64,000 nt of DNA from a virus. The notes beneath the pieces are model-generated. The model was not told the DNA's origin, did not search any database, and was given only the letters and a program-made list of their open reading frames with translations. Position 1 is the first letter of the stretch. Every line of letters starts with the position of its first letter. Where the stretch lies: the IMG/VR virus record IMGVR_UViG_3300027983_000011, positions 5,938 through 69,937 of that record. One strand, written 5' to 3'. Made by a program: the position numbers and the translations under genes. Positions 27,789 through 38,430 of the stretch are shown here, piece after piece.

Positions 27789-29159
27789 TCAAAGTTCTAT
27801 CTGACTCATCTCAGCGTAATTTTTTCCAACATATACTTTTACCGGAAATTTGTTATCAACCATGATGTCACGCAGCTGACGTATCGTTTCCTGACCATCC
27901 TGACGATGTGCGTCGAATAAGAGGCTATCATACGTGTAGAGTGTAGGTTGAGTCAGGCGACCCTTTAAATGGTCAAGAATCCTTCCCAACGTCAAAACAC
28001 CTATTTCTGTCTCATAGGCTTGTAGTATATAGTTGAAAAGCTTGTTCGGCGACGGGTTTTCGATGTGACATTCCTTTATTTTACGAAAATAGACTGGCGT
28101 CTCTACAAATCCATTAGCTTCAAAATACTGCCATCTGTGGTCGATGTATTCTTGGATTTTCTTAAAATATGGTATATGTGCCCACCGTTGTTGAATTCCA
28201 CCATAAAATTGTTGAAATGTGTAACCTTTTGTTTCACCAATCTCTTTCATACTAACATTCTTTTTCTTAAAGAAGTGTTTGGCAAGATATTCGTATGGAT
28301 TGACGTCAAAACCCATCTGATAGTTAATCAATCTAGTAATCAACCGTGGGTGGAATGCGCTGTAGTCTATCATAACAAGCATTCCATCCGGCCCGTGGCG
28401 GGAAACAAAAAGATTACGAGAACCATCGGTTTTGTTCAGTGCGGCATAGTTTACTCCACCGAAACGGTTACTTGGTCGACCTGTAGATGTAAACAAGTTA
28501 TACTGGCTGTAAATTAGATTATTTTTAACGTTCTTCTCCTGCTCTTCTCCGAATTGAAGAATTAACTTTTCTTTATCGACCGCTATTCCTATCCTTTCGA
28601 GTTCAGCAAACCGTGTGATGGCAATATTATTTACAAATTCAAAACTTTTATCGAATGAGGTTTCTTTCGGTGGAAACACGAATTTTAAATATTTCTGCAT
28701 GAATAAGTCACAGTGTTTCATAATAGGAATCGATTTATTTAAATTTGAAAATCGTCGGAACGTACCTGATATAAAAACTGATGCACTATTTGAAACGTCC
28801 TCAAATTCTTCAAAGCATCCTGTGTCCAAATATTTTACAACATTTAAATCAACAAATCCACAGTCTTCGCCAAATACATGAACCAGAGTTTTTTTATCAA
28901 ACGTGCACTTTCTTCCCATACACATTTTTAAATTTTCCCGAACTTTATCCAACGAGCCATCTAAAGAAAGTCCTTCATTGTGTGATATTGGGATAACCCA
29001 TAAATCTCCCTGTGCTGGGAATATTGTAATAATAAGAGACGGTAGATTATTTAAAGCGTGTTTCTCTACATCGCACATAACTACGTCCACAATACAACTG
29101 TCTACTCGTAGTTTGGATAAAAATAAGTCAAGCTCGTGAGCCGTTTCAACAATGACCAT
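27789..29159 (-). CDS. Short divergent family A DNA polymerase
   Basis: TSTGRPS, motif A IDYSAFHPRL, motif B K..TFQQFYG, NYILQ, motif C YTYDSLLFD. Confidence 0.75.
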   Translation of the reverse strand: MVIVETAHELDLFLSKLRVDSCIVDVVMCDVEKHALNNLPSLIITIFPAQGDLWVIPISHNEGLSLDGSLDKVRENLKMCMGRKCTFDKKTLVHVFGEDCGFVDLNVVKYLDTGCFEEFEDVSNSASVFISGTFRRFSNLNKSIPIMKHCDLFMQKYLKFVFPPKETSFDKSFEFVNNIAITRFAELERIGIAVDKEKLILQFGEEQEKNVKNNLIYSQYNLFTSTGRPSNRFGGVNYAALNKTDGSRNLFVSRHGPDGMLVMIDYSAFHPRLITRLINYQMGFDVNPYEYLAKHFFKKKNVSMKEIGETKGYTFQQFYGGIQQRWAHIPYFKKIQEYIDHRWQYFEANGFVETPVYFRKIKECHIENPSPNKLFNYILQAYETEIGVLTLGRILDHLKGRLTQPTLYTYDSLLFDAHRQDGQETIRQLRDIMVDNKFPVKVYVGKNYAEMSQIEL

Positions 29160-29195
29160 TGAACAAACATATCAGCATTCAACGGACTGTCAACT

Positions 29196-29588
29196 TTAAT
29201 ACCCACGCCAAAATTCTAATGGATTTTTTAAGAACGGTGTTAAAGAAACTTTTGAATTAATTTTTACTTTTTCTATCTGCTGAAGATTTTGGTTTTGAAC
29301 ACCGTAGTCCTCTATAATATTCCCAACCTTAGTGAAATCTTTTTTGCCAGTTATTCTCCACAATATTTGATAAACAGTGTAAACTCGGTCGTCGATATTT
29401 TCTATAGTATTAGAATTTATCTCGCATCCAGATTTATCACTGTTTCTAATTGCTATGTATCTTTCAATATAGCCTCTGGAAAAATCACCTGATGCGGGAA
29501 TTGGTTTATATGGCACGGGTGTGTTGTAACTTTTTAAAAAAATGTTTGATCGCCCATACTCAAAAACTAGATTGTTGTTCGTAATCAT
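29196..29588 (-). CDS. Hypothetical baseplate-region protein
   Basis: P.P...DFSRGYIERY...WRITG; likely start MITNNN overlapping the upstream stop. Confidence 0.55.
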   Translation of the reverse strand: MITNNNLVFEYGRSNIFLKSYNTPVPYKPIPASGDFSRGYIERYIAIRNSDKSGCEINSNTIENIDDRVYTVYQILWRITGKKDFTKVGNIIEDYGVQNQNLQQIEKVKINSKVSLTPFLKNPLEFWRGY

Positions 29589-31909
29589 TGTGTTATTACT
29601 ATTGGTCTGACACGAGCCATTATACTTGTGGTCCACCGGTTTCCTTCAACGACACTCTTCACACCTTCGATTTGCCAAACGGCCCGCTTCGAAGTATAGG
29701 CATCGTGGGTTTTGTCCACAGCAAACATGTCGAGATATCTGATTCCGCCAATACCCAAGGTTGTAAGATTCATTTCAGTCCCTGGCATCATCGGAGAAGC
29801 CAACTCTAAAGTCTTTTTTCCAAATTTTATTAACTGTTTAATCATACTAGGATCGTGCTCAGTTAGAATGTGAGATTTTCCATTTTCTGACGATATAATT
29901 GCGTCTTTATTATTATACCGTGACATTACTTTTTTAAATTTGTCTTCCACCGATTCAATCTTAACGTTGGAAAACGCTAGTCCAAATAATCTGTCATCTG
30001 ATGTAAACATAGTAACCTGTGGACCATTGCTTGTTATAATCTGCCCGTTAGCATAAGTGGGCTTGGTGCTTGGTGAGGAGGAATGATATTGATATTTACT
30101 TTGACCCAAGATGGCTTGGTTGGCCATTTCTTGACTCATCTTTACGTCCATGCTCATTTCTGTAAAGTGAGCGCTACCAATCGAACCAAGTATAAATGTC
30201 GGAACCTTTGGTATTCCACCAGAATAGCTATTATCGATTACTGAATACTTTGTATTTCCAATAGGCTCAGGTATAACCCTAAACTCCCAAATATTAGACC
30301 CAGCATCAGATATTCTCATGAGAACGCTTTCGATGAACTTTAACGTGGTATCATTAGCATTAGCCTCCTGTGTAATCATCTTTTCTGAAATGTAGATATC
30401 TTTTAAGTACCCATAGTAACCCGAGTGGTGCTTCGTGTCGCCAGAAACATTTAAATCTTTAGACCGTGGAAATTCGTGACCAATGGGTCTGTCATAATTA
30501 ATGACGGCATTCAAATCATCATAATCAAATTCCACATTCAACTCTTTGAATTTGTCCTTGAACTCTGCAAATTCTATATTTACAACGTTGGGTGTCAGTG
30601 TATCATAAGAAATTGCTGCTATATTTTCCTGACGACCCCTCGTCACAGATTTTCTGTCTAAGGAGGCGGCTTGAATTCCTTCCAAAGCCTTGGCGGAAAG
30701 ATTTTCGGTGTTACCATATTTATCTTTCAATTTTTTTGCTAACGTGATGTTATCTAACACACTTTTAATAATGTCCATCGAAGGACGTAAATTTGGAGAA
30801 TATTTGTTAGGTATCAAAACATCTACATCGGATGATTTTAGAAGTGGATGAGCGGTAATAATTGTATCATCAATGTCAAATCTCAATATTCCGTGGGCGG
30901 GCGCTCCGGTTCCAGATGTAGATTGGTTGAGAGATAACTGTTCGTTTACAAGTTGAGCAAATCTGCTCATAGGAACCCATATACTGTCCTCATCTTCTTC
31001 ACCGTTCTTTTTTTTCTTAAAGTTTGTTCCATGATTAGCCCAATTTTTCAAATCGTTTTCGACAAAACTGCGGAATGATTTCATCGAGCTGTTGACATTC
31101 CCTTCCTTTTTTACAGACGACATTCCTAATGATTGACCTTCAAGTAAAAATAAACTACTAGCGACTATAGTGGTGCAGTCATATCCACCAGCTGAATTCA
31201 TTTTGAAATTATAATCAAAGACTTTTCCAAGATGGCAATCGTAATTTCCTCGTGATTTTTCAATTTGTTCATAAATTAGATTGGAGTTGGTGAACATGCC
31301 TATTATACCACTCCCCGAACTGGTTTCACTGGCGGCAGTTCCAACAGCAGTCAAATCGATTAAGGATGATGGGTTATAATTATTCCAACCCCACTCAACT
31401 ATAATGCTGACGCCCGGACTTAAAAAATATGGAAACATGTAATTCAACTGATCCACGGAATTACAACGCCACGTAATTGTAGCCTTTCTACACAGGCCTG
31501 GGTAACTAGAACCTGCCCCGTAGAATTCAGTCTCAATTCCAACTATACCCGGCGCTGGTCGATGAGGAAATACAGCCGCCTCATTATTTTCAATCTCATG
31601 CGGCTCTCCATACGCCGTATAGCCCAAAGTCGTAAAGTTTGTTTTTCCCGTGATACTACTTTTGTCGAATCCATAGGTATCATTAAACCCATGAACATCA
31701 CCCATAACAAATCCTTTTTTCTTTCTACCATTAGTTTCAACCATTCCATTTGAACAAACGCGCATCCAAGCGGTTCTTGGTCCGGAGTATGTTTTAAAAT
31801 CACCCGGATTAATTCCGTATTCAGACGCCCGGTGCTTCAATTCATCTTCAACGTATGATGCTAAAGGACGCAGCGCCCAAGGATTAATTTTTTTAAAATC
31901 TGTAGCCAT
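29585..31909 (-). CDS. Probable baseplate hub protein
   Basis: RPAPGI, FLSPG.SIIVEWGW, C-terminal GIGGIRY...WQI..VK..V...WTT; position after the LysM gene. Confidence 0.55.
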   Translation of the reverse strand: MATDFKKINPWALRPLASYVEDELKHRASEYGINPGDFKTYSGPRTAWMRVCSNGMVETNGRKKKGFVMGDVHGFNDTYGFDKSSITGKTNFTTLGYTAYGEPHEIENNEAAVFPHRPAPGIVGIETEFYGAGSSYPGLCRKATITWRCNSVDQLNYMFPYFLSPGVSIIVEWGWNNYNPSSLIDLTAVGTAASETSSGSGIIGMFTNSNLIYEQIEKSRGNYDCHLGKVFDYNFKMNSAGGYDCTTIVASSLFLLEGQSLGMSSVKKEGNVNSSMKSFRSFVENDLKNWANHGTNFKKKKNGEEDEDSIWVPMSRFAQLVNEQLSLNQSTSGTGAPAHGILRFDIDDTIITAHPLLKSSDVDVLIPNKYSPNLRPSMDIIKSVLDNITLAKKLKDKYGNTENLSAKALEGIQAASLDRKSVTRGRQENIAAISYDTLTPNVVNIEFAEFKDKFKELNVEFDYDDLNAVINYDRPIGHEFPRSKDLNVSGDTKHHSGYYGYLKDIYISEKMITQEANANDTTLKFIESVLMRISDAGSNIWEFRVIPEPIGNTKYSVIDNSYSGGIPKVPTFILGSIGSAHFTEMSMDVKMSQEMANQAILGQSKYQYHSSSPSTKPTYANGQIITSNGPQVTMFTSDDRLFGLAFSNVKIESVEDKFKKVMSRYNNKDAIISSENGKSHILTEHDPSMIKQLIKFGKKTLELASPMMPGTEMNLTTLGIGGIRYLDMFAVDKTHDAYTSKRAVWQIEGVKSVVEGNRWTTSIMARVRPIVITQ

Positions 31910-31911
31910 TA

Positions 31912-32208
31912 TTAGACGCCATTCTCTGCATTGAATTTAGCCACTATTGACTGAATATTCCTTGGTATTCTCAGCTGTGTTCCAACTGGAGGACGTAGAG
32001 TAGCCTTCAATCTATTTGCTTGAGCAATAACCCACCAATAGGATTTATCAGAATAATACTTTTCTGCTAATGTGTCTAAATAATCCGCCTCAGTTGATAT
32101 GATGTAGATATCAGTTCCAGAAAATGGAATTTTTGGATATAACGTAGAACGCATTACACGCTTTCCATCAAAGCGGTTAAATGTGGGGTTTGATTGATAT
32201 CTGTTCAT
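31912..32208 (-). CDS. LysM/gp53-like baseplate wedge protein
   Basis: DYLDTLAEKYYSDKSYWWVIAQAN...GTQLRIP. Confidence 0.8.
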   Translation of the reverse strand: MNRYQSNPTFNRFDGKRVMRSTLYPKIPFSGTDIYIISTEADYLDTLAEKYYSDKSYWWVIAQANRLKATLRPPVGTQLRIPRNIQSIVAKFNAENGV

Positions 32209-32253
32209 GGCGAGCCTATTGTATAATTATAATTTGATGTGCTTGTGGTATTA

Positions 32254-34461
32254 TCAAAAAGATGTTTGATCCAACGTAGATGGTCCGCGAGGTGCCAAAA
32301 CATCTTCTCCAAAATATTTACCACCAGGAGAGAAATCGCTGGTAGCTATTTTAGCATTTTCTACAGCCTTAGCATTCTCACGTAATCTACGTTCGTTTCT
32401 ATATTGGGTGTACTGTTTGGCTCCCGACTCGTTAAATCCTTTTAGTGTATCATCGAAATATCTCAAAGCGTCTGTTTGTGACCGTTCCTTTTCAATCAAC
32501 GCCATAGAAACTGTAATATCGACTTTCATCGGCAATTGAGCAACGTTGCGCGTAGATGAAATTTTTCCATTATTATAGCTGTAGATAGTTGCTCTCAATG
32601 TTTCCCAAGGACTATCGTCCGGAACATTCACACCAAAATTTCGTATCACGGCTGGTTGGTCCACAAACAAATCACCAATTCTAAATTTGAGCATTGGAGG
32701 ATACATAAATTCACCCAATCCACCTTCGGCTTTACCCTCGGTATATTTAGCTGGCCGGGTAAGACCGGATAGATAATTTATTCTGTTCCACATTGGTTCA
32801 AGGTCTGAAACACTAGAAGCGTACACCGAAAATGTGAAATAAATTTCTCGGCTGAAACCTTTGTACATGTATAGTTTATCAGCACGACCAATGTATTGAA
32901 AATCTTCCCACTCAACACTTGTATTTTCACTCATACCGGTCATGGTGGCTCTAAACGGAATATAGACCTCATTCACAACGTCGTAGAAGTAAAAGAAAAT
33001 TATGTCTCTAGATGTATTTTCGGTTCTATCTAACAGTTGTTTCGGAATATTCTTCGACTTAATTGGTTTATATTGATTATAACCATCTGACTTCATCGAC
33101 CCGGCCATATCTTTTCCATCGCCGCTGTCTAATACCTTCGTCTTATCTATAATAGAATTTTCGTAATTTGCTCCGATGGTATCCCGAATATCTTTATATG
33201 TCTTATAGGCACCCTTAAACAATTCAGATGAAATTGCATCATAATCTTTGTTGGCTTTTTGGATGGTATTCCATTTTATTACAGCCGAATTAATTCTATT
33301 CACGGTGCTGTCACCCAAAGCCTCATCCACGGTCTTCTTTGTAACAGTTGAATTGATATTTGACGGTTTACCAAGTGTCTTTCCATGAACATCGACCGAC
33401 GGATCGAAATTTTGTGTCTTTAATGTATCAGTTAATTTCTCTATTGGAGAACTAAAATTACCATTCGAAGACTGTGTTGGACCATAGTACCAGTTATCTT
33501 TCGTGTCTCTATCATCGGTTGACGGATAAAAACGGTGGACATGTTCTGTGGTGTATATTTGCCCATTGATGTTATAGCTAAGAAGTCCAGAACGATCTTC
33601 GTAAAATGCGTGGTAAGCCTTAACCTTGTCAGAATATTCTACGCGATATTTCCAGTCAGCCTCTTTACTTTTCGTCGATGGTATCAGACTTGTTACCTTA
33701 GAAATAATTGAATTACCAAGCGACTTTAAAAATGTTGAGAAGACGGATTGACCTTGGGCGTTTGTTCCATTCGAAACAAACTTAGCCATGAAATGATCCC
33801 GTCCGGCAACCGATGTTTGATATCGTGTCAATCCCTTTGCTGCCCACCCTGCTCCACTTTTAGATTCAATTGAAAGAGCCTCAAGTCCGAGTTTAGCCGT
33901 GCCAGGAGGCGCAACCTTGTCCAGAATAGCTTTTGTCTTAATCCCAACACTGCTTAACAGTCCGTCACCAATTGTAGCAAAGAATCCTCCACCGGAAGAT
34001 TCGATGTGGCGCATTGGGTATTTATCTTGAGCCCCGAATAACCGTGCCAATGAACTTATTCCACCAGAAGTTACAATGCTGGCTGGATTCCAAATTCTAG
34101 TTTCGTTGAAAGCGTTCTGATTCTGGATTGAAAACTGAATGGCTGAGAATACCAATCCCGTTCCACTTGCCATAAACTTAGTCAACCGTTGGGTGTCTTG
34201 GATAGATGATCCGACTGGAAAAGTAGTATTATCGTATTTCTTTAGGTATTTTTTTACCCTTGAGTCGTTTAACCCAGTCCACACGTATGGCTGTTGATAG
34301 CCCAATGAGAATCCCCCGCCACTAGCATCGTAGGGAGAAAACTTGGAGTAAATGGCTACAGACGAATCAGTAAATCGGTCAGCCAACGTAATTCCCGATT
34401 CAACCGATGGGCGGTTAATTGGAACAAGTGCGTTTGGTTGAGAGTTGGTTGTCGGAATCAT
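32254..34461 (-). CDS. Probable tail tube initiator/baseplate (gp48/gp54-like C-terminal domain)
   Basis: FRATMTGMSE...W....YIGRADKLYMYKGFSREI.F.F, PPMLKFRIGDL; follows tape measure. Confidence 0.6.
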   Translation of the reverse strand: MIPTTNSQPNALVPINRPSVESGITLADRFTDSSVAIYSKFSPYDASGGGFSLGYQQPYVWTGLNDSRVKKYLKKYDNTTFPVGSSIQDTQRLTKFMASGTGLVFSAIQFSIQNQNAFNETRIWNPASIVTSGGISSLARLFGAQDKYPMRHIESSGGGFFATIGDGLLSSVGIKTKAILDKVAPPGTAKLGLEALSIESKSGAGWAAKGLTRYQTSVAGRDHFMAKFVSNGTNAQGQSVFSTFLKSLGNSIISKVTSLIPSTKSKEADWKYRVEYSDKVKAYHAFYEDRSGLLSYNINGQIYTTEHVHRFYPSTDDRDTKDNWYYGPTQSSNGNFSSPIEKLTDTLKTQNFDPSVDVHGKTLGKPSNINSTVTKKTVDEALGDSTVNRINSAVIKWNTIQKANKDYDAISSELFKGAYKTYKDIRDTIGANYENSIIDKTKVLDSGDGKDMAGSMKSDGYNQYKPIKSKNIPKQLLDRTENTSRDIIFFYFYDVVNEVYIPFRATMTGMSENTSVEWEDFQYIGRADKLYMYKGFSREIYFTFSVYASSVSDLEPMWNRINYLSGLTRPAKYTEGKAEGGLGEFMYPPMLKFRIGDLFVDQPAVIRNFGVNVPDDSPWETLRATIYSYNNGKISSTRNVAQLPMKVDITVSMALIEKERSQTDALRYFDDTLKGFNESGAKQYTQYRNERRLRENAKAVENAKIATSDFSPGGKYFGEDVLAPRGPSTLDQTSF

Positions 34462-34519
34462 GTATATGTGAGGTGGTATCTCTATCAATAAATATAACCA
34501 CTCACTTATTTTTTGTCCA

Positions 34520-37216
34520 TTAACGTCCGTAGTTAGTCAACTGCTTAGACACCAACCGTCCGTCCATATATACAGAGACCTTCCCACCAACTAAGGCGTC
34601 CAATATATTATCAAGTTTCTTTCCAAGCACATCAACTTTTTCAGATTGCGAATTGTCCTTCACCGCCGCTTTAGATATTTCGTTGAGTTTTCCAACATCA
34701 ATGTCTGGAATATCACTTAGTTTTTGAACAGCAGCAGCGATTCTTTCCAATGCTGTAGCTGTTTCCATCAATTGACTGCTGAGTGAACCGAGTGTTATTA
34801 ACTTATCAACCAAACCGTCACCGCCTGTAAGTTTTCCAATAATTGACCCAACACCGGCCCCAATTCCAAAAGAACCTAAGGCGGCTGAGATAGCGTATAT
34901 TCCTCCAGATGCCAACCACAAATCTTTGGCAGAATCGCCTAACGATTTAAGAGGTCGAATCATGGCTTCAAAACCAACACTAAGGGGTATCATAGCTTCA
35001 CCAGCTAATTTGGCAGCATACGCAAATGGGACCAGTGCCAATCCGAGAAGTCCGAGGACGACGGCACCAGTACCAACAAGCGCAGCTACGGCGGGAATTC
35101 CTATAATAGCTGCGGCACCAGCTACAAGTCCAATAGCAGCGGCTGCCATGCCGAGGGCAGACAAATCGAGACCGACAAAATTATGTAAAGCTTTCCCCAG
35201 AATCCAAAGTGACCCAGCCATAATTACCATTGAGACCGCACCTCTCATAACCAATGGATCTCCCAAAAACTTAATACCTTTTCCAATACCTTGCACCATT
35301 CCTGCAAAAGAATTTCCAACGGATTTACCAATTCCCGCCATCGATTTTGCTATACCTCCACCGGCAGAACCCGCCTTTCCAAATATATCTCCAAAGAGTC
35401 CACCCTTGATTGCTTTAAAGGCAATAACAGCGGCCCCTACGCCGACTATCGCTCTGATTATTTTACCAATCATTGACATTGTTTCTTTACCCTTTTCACT
35501 CCACGAATTAAATATCTCATCTGTGTAATCCCTAATATCTTTTAGTGGTTTGAAAAACAATTGGAATCCTTTTGCTATCCAACTCACTGCATCCGCGATT
35601 CCTGGTAGAATTATCAATCCGATTGGGAGTAAAAGATCACTAATCGAGGTGAGTATCGACTTTAGAGAGTTATTAATATTCTCCATCTGCGTTTGTCTCT
35701 GTTTGTCCTTCAACCAAGCGGCTCCACGTTTAGCATCTGTATCTGTTATTCCGTTTTTAATTCGGCTATTACTTTTCTCATACTCTTGTAGCATGGCAAC
35801 TTGGTCCGCCGTTCCACTCGTTCTAACAGCCGCTAACATCTTTTCTTGGTTCTGTTGTTCGATGATTTCCTTGACGGTCATACCGGACACCTTAGACAGT
35901 GCTTCTTGTTGGTAGAGATTTAATTTAGAGAAGTCCCCAATGTCTTTCAACTGTTTCATCGCCGCTTTACGTGAGCCTTCGATGTCTCCCTCAAAAGCCA
36001 ATTGACGAGCTAATTGGAAATTAACGCTCTTACCGAGAAGAGCGGAAGCTTCCATTTCAGAGTTAATAGAATCTTGGAAATTTAATAGTTGTCTAGCCGA
36101 CTTAGCCATCGACTCCAAACTTGTCCCAGCCAATCTAGCAGCAACCGCCGTCCTAACCAATTCCATTGGATTCTTTCCGAGGAATTTTAAAGTGTCTTCT
36201 GAAGCTCTGGCCATGTCCTCGAACACCTGCTTTACAGGAACACCGGCTGATTTAGCTAAACTTATAGCGACATTTGAAATGTCCGATGATGTGGTCCCAG
36301 CGGCCTTTGAAAGCGAATTAAATAACTGTACGACCTTTGCCGAATCTTCGCCAGCAACCCCAATATTAGCTGCCAGCAGCGCTACTAATTTTGTATTTTT
36401 CGAAGATTCCAAAGCTGTAGTTTGAAACACGGCTTGGAGTTCTGCGGCGGCCGCGAACGCCTCTTTTATATTGATTCCAAAATCCGCGTATTCTAAATTT
36501 ATCTCTCTAGCGGAGTCGGCAATACCACCCATTTGACTTCTCATCAAGCCTGTCTTTTTACGAAAATCCCCAGCGGCCGTATCAAGTTCTATAAAACGAT
36601 CCAATCCTAACCCCATAACAGCCGCCCAACCCGATGCAGCCGATGTCATAGCTGAAAATAATTCACCCATGCGCTTATAACCATCGCCTATTTTTTCTCC
36701 AACGCCTAAAGCCACTTTCTGCAGAGGGCCCCATCTTTTTTCAAGTTTGAGTTTTTCCAACTGTGTCGCAAGTTGATTTCGCTGTTGGTCTGTTAGACTC
36801 TCTTCCAATTCAATAAGTTTTTTTGTATCCGTCATTTTTCTTTTAATGTCGGATAGAATAGATTGGAGGTGAGCTTTTTCATGGCCGTCGAAAACAGCCA
36901 ATCCTTCCTTAGCTAACTTTTCCATAACCATTTCCTCAGCCAAATCAGATTTAATAGCCTTTCTATCAGCTCGCATTGCTGTCAAATCTGATTTCATTCT
37001 ATTCATTAAGGATGTTCTATCTACTTCGTATCGATATATCTCCTTCGTTTTAGACTGAATTTGTTTGGTGAGGTCGAGAGTTTCCCTCGAAGACTTTGTA
37101 ATCGAGTCAGATACATCTTCCAACTCACGCTCAACAGCCAAGATATCACGTTTACTCTTAGCGTAGTCTGCTGTGAGTTTTTGGATTTCTGATAATCTTT
37201 CTTTTTCGTTGGCCAT
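34520..37216 (-). CDS. Tape measure protein
   Basis: 898 aa coiled-coil, Ala/Gly-rich; LLNFQDSINSEMEASALLGK; C-terminal VYMDGRLV; tail-cluster position. Confidence 0.8.
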   Translation of the reverse strand: MANEKERLSEIQKLTADYAKSKRDILAVERELEDVSDSITKSSRETLDLTKQIQSKTKEIYRYEVDRTSLMNRMKSDLTAMRADRKAIKSDLAEEMVMEKLAKEGLAVFDGHEKAHLQSILSDIKRKMTDTKKLIELEESLTDQQRNQLATQLEKLKLEKRWGPLQKVALGVGEKIGDGYKRMGELFSAMTSAASGWAAVMGLGLDRFIELDTAAGDFRKKTGLMRSQMGGIADSAREINLEYADFGINIKEAFAAAAELQAVFQTTALESSKNTKLVALLAANIGVAGEDSAKVVQLFNSLSKAAGTTSSDISNVAISLAKSAGVPVKQVFEDMARASEDTLKFLGKNPMELVRTAVAARLAGTSLESMAKSARQLLNFQDSINSEMEASALLGKSVNFQLARQLAFEGDIEGSRKAAMKQLKDIGDFSKLNLYQQEALSKVSGMTVKEIIEQQNQEKMLAAVRTSGTADQVAMLQEYEKSNSRIKNGITDTDAKRGAAWLKDKQRQTQMENINNSLKSILTSISDLLLPIGLIILPGIADAVSWIAKGFQLFFKPLKDIRDYTDEIFNSWSEKGKETMSMIGKIIRAIVGVGAAVIAFKAIKGGLFGDIFGKAGSAGGGIAKSMAGIGKSVGNSFAGMVQGIGKGIKFLGDPLVMRGAVSMVIMAGSLWILGKALHNFVGLDLSALGMAAAAIGLVAGAAAIIGIPAVAALVGTGAVVLGLLGLALVPFAYAAKLAGEAMIPLSVGFEAMIRPLKSLGDSAKDLWLASGGIYAISAALGSFGIGAGVGSIIGKLTGGDGLVDKLITLGSLSSQLMETATALERIAAAVQKLSDIPDIDVGKLNEISKAAVKDNSQSEKVDVLGKKLDNILDALVGGKVSVYMDGRLVSKQLTNYGR

Positions 37217-37264
37217 ATTTTATAGTGTACCTATAAATATTATCAGTTCCGGCCTTTTGAACTA

Positions 37265-37487
37265 TCATTTTCTGACAACTTGACCCGGCTGTGGGCCCTT
37301 GTCAGCCGCTTTCTGCTGCTTGGCTTCACCTTCCTTAACTGACACCAGTTTTCTTAGGTAAAATCGACGCATTTGGACAGGAAGTGAGTATACGCCCTCA
37401 TGTGTGAAACCCCCTTGTCCGTAATAACAGAGATTGAAGAGTTCGTCGTGTAACTGAGACTTATAATTACTCGCTAGGCCAAAAAAA
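37265..37487 (-). CDS. gp51-like extension of the tail/baseplate chaperone, probably made by frameshift
   Basis: FFGLASNYKSQLHDELFNLCYYGQGGFTHEGVYSLPVQMRRFYLRKL; no usable ATG; entered at T7 run 37481-37487. Confidence 0.65.
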
Positions 37488-38297
37488 GTCCACACCAAGT
37501 GGCAATGCCATCCTCGCGGTGTGGCCGCACGCTGGACATGTGAAATCAAAGTTCATGTCCAAGTCGGGGTTGTTTCCCCTAATATGTGAACGAAGGGATC
37601 GTGAATCCATAGCGGTTAATTCCGTATCAACAAATTTCTTAATCAAGTTACGGTCTTCGTTACCGTCGATAGCAACAATCATGTATTTGAGGCGGGTGGT
37701 CATCTCAGGAGAAACACCGTTTGGTGAAATCTTGGAGAGGCTCTTCAGTTCCGTGTCAATGGATTGTTCGTCCCGATGAGTCAATAACTTGTATGAAATA
37801 TTCTTTTTAGACTGTGGAAGTTCGTAGTTAAAACGATTTACTCCCTTTGAAAGTTTTGAAAAGTCAAACTCTTTCGAATGAAGTTCGGAAAGATTAACTA
37901 CAAATTCGCTTTCTTCACCACACTCAGTACACTTAATTTTGGCTGGATATTTATCACCATATGCTAAACGACGAGCAGCAATGAAAATAGCATTCTTATC
38001 ACCAATCAAAATATCATCCAATTTTATTGCTGGGTTGATGATTAAAGCTTTTAGAAGTTCATCCAATACGATACCTTTCTTAATGAGATTCTGACTTGTC
38101 AAAATATCTTCTTCCTTAGCCGTCATGAATTTTAACTCAATGCGACCTGATGATAGCGGAGACTCTGGTGGATAAAAATGTCCTTCAGTCGGAAGGTCGA
38201 TGAATTCTGTTGGGTATGTCTGTTTTACAGGGATATCCGATTGTCCCACTTGGACTGGCTGCGGCGCTCTTGCGATTGGTATATTTTGGTTTTCCAT
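37467..38297 (-). CDS. gp26-like baseplate hub / tail assembly chaperone
   Basis: LPTEGHFYP, MTAKEEDILT, GDKNAI...RRLAYG, two CxxC, ends DFFWP. Confidence 0.8.
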   Translation of the reverse strand: MENQNIPIARAPQPVQVGQSDIPVKQTYPTEFIDLPTEGHFYPPESPLSSGRIELKFMTAKEEDILTSQNLIKKGIVLDELLKALIINPAIKLDDILIGDKNAIFIAARRLAYGDKYPAKIKCTECGEESEFVVNLSELHSKEFDFSKLSKGVNRFNYELPQSKKNISYKLLTHRDEQSIDTELKSLSKISPNGVSPEMTTRLKYMIVAIDGNEDRNLIKKFVDTELTAMDSRSLRSHIRGNNPDLDMNFDFTCPACGHTARMALPLGVDFFWPSE

Positions 38298-38365
38298 AAA
38301 CTTTTGAATAATCTTGTTTCGTATATATATCGTTTAAATAAAACTTTTTGACGAAAAGAAGGCAT

Positions 38366-38398
38366 AAAAAAAGGATTGGTATTTCACAATCCTTTTTT
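38366..38398. terminator. Bidirectional terminator
   Basis: AAAAAAAGGATTG-GTATTTCA-CAATCCTTTTTT. Confidence 0.65.
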
Positions 38399-38430
38399 AA
38401 GTATAAACGTTGGCGTCTTGTTATAACCAA

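Noticed and set aside
34926-35915. Long antisense ORFs over tape measure and other genes
   Set aside because: Shadow frames of biased coding sequence with no motifs or expression signals.
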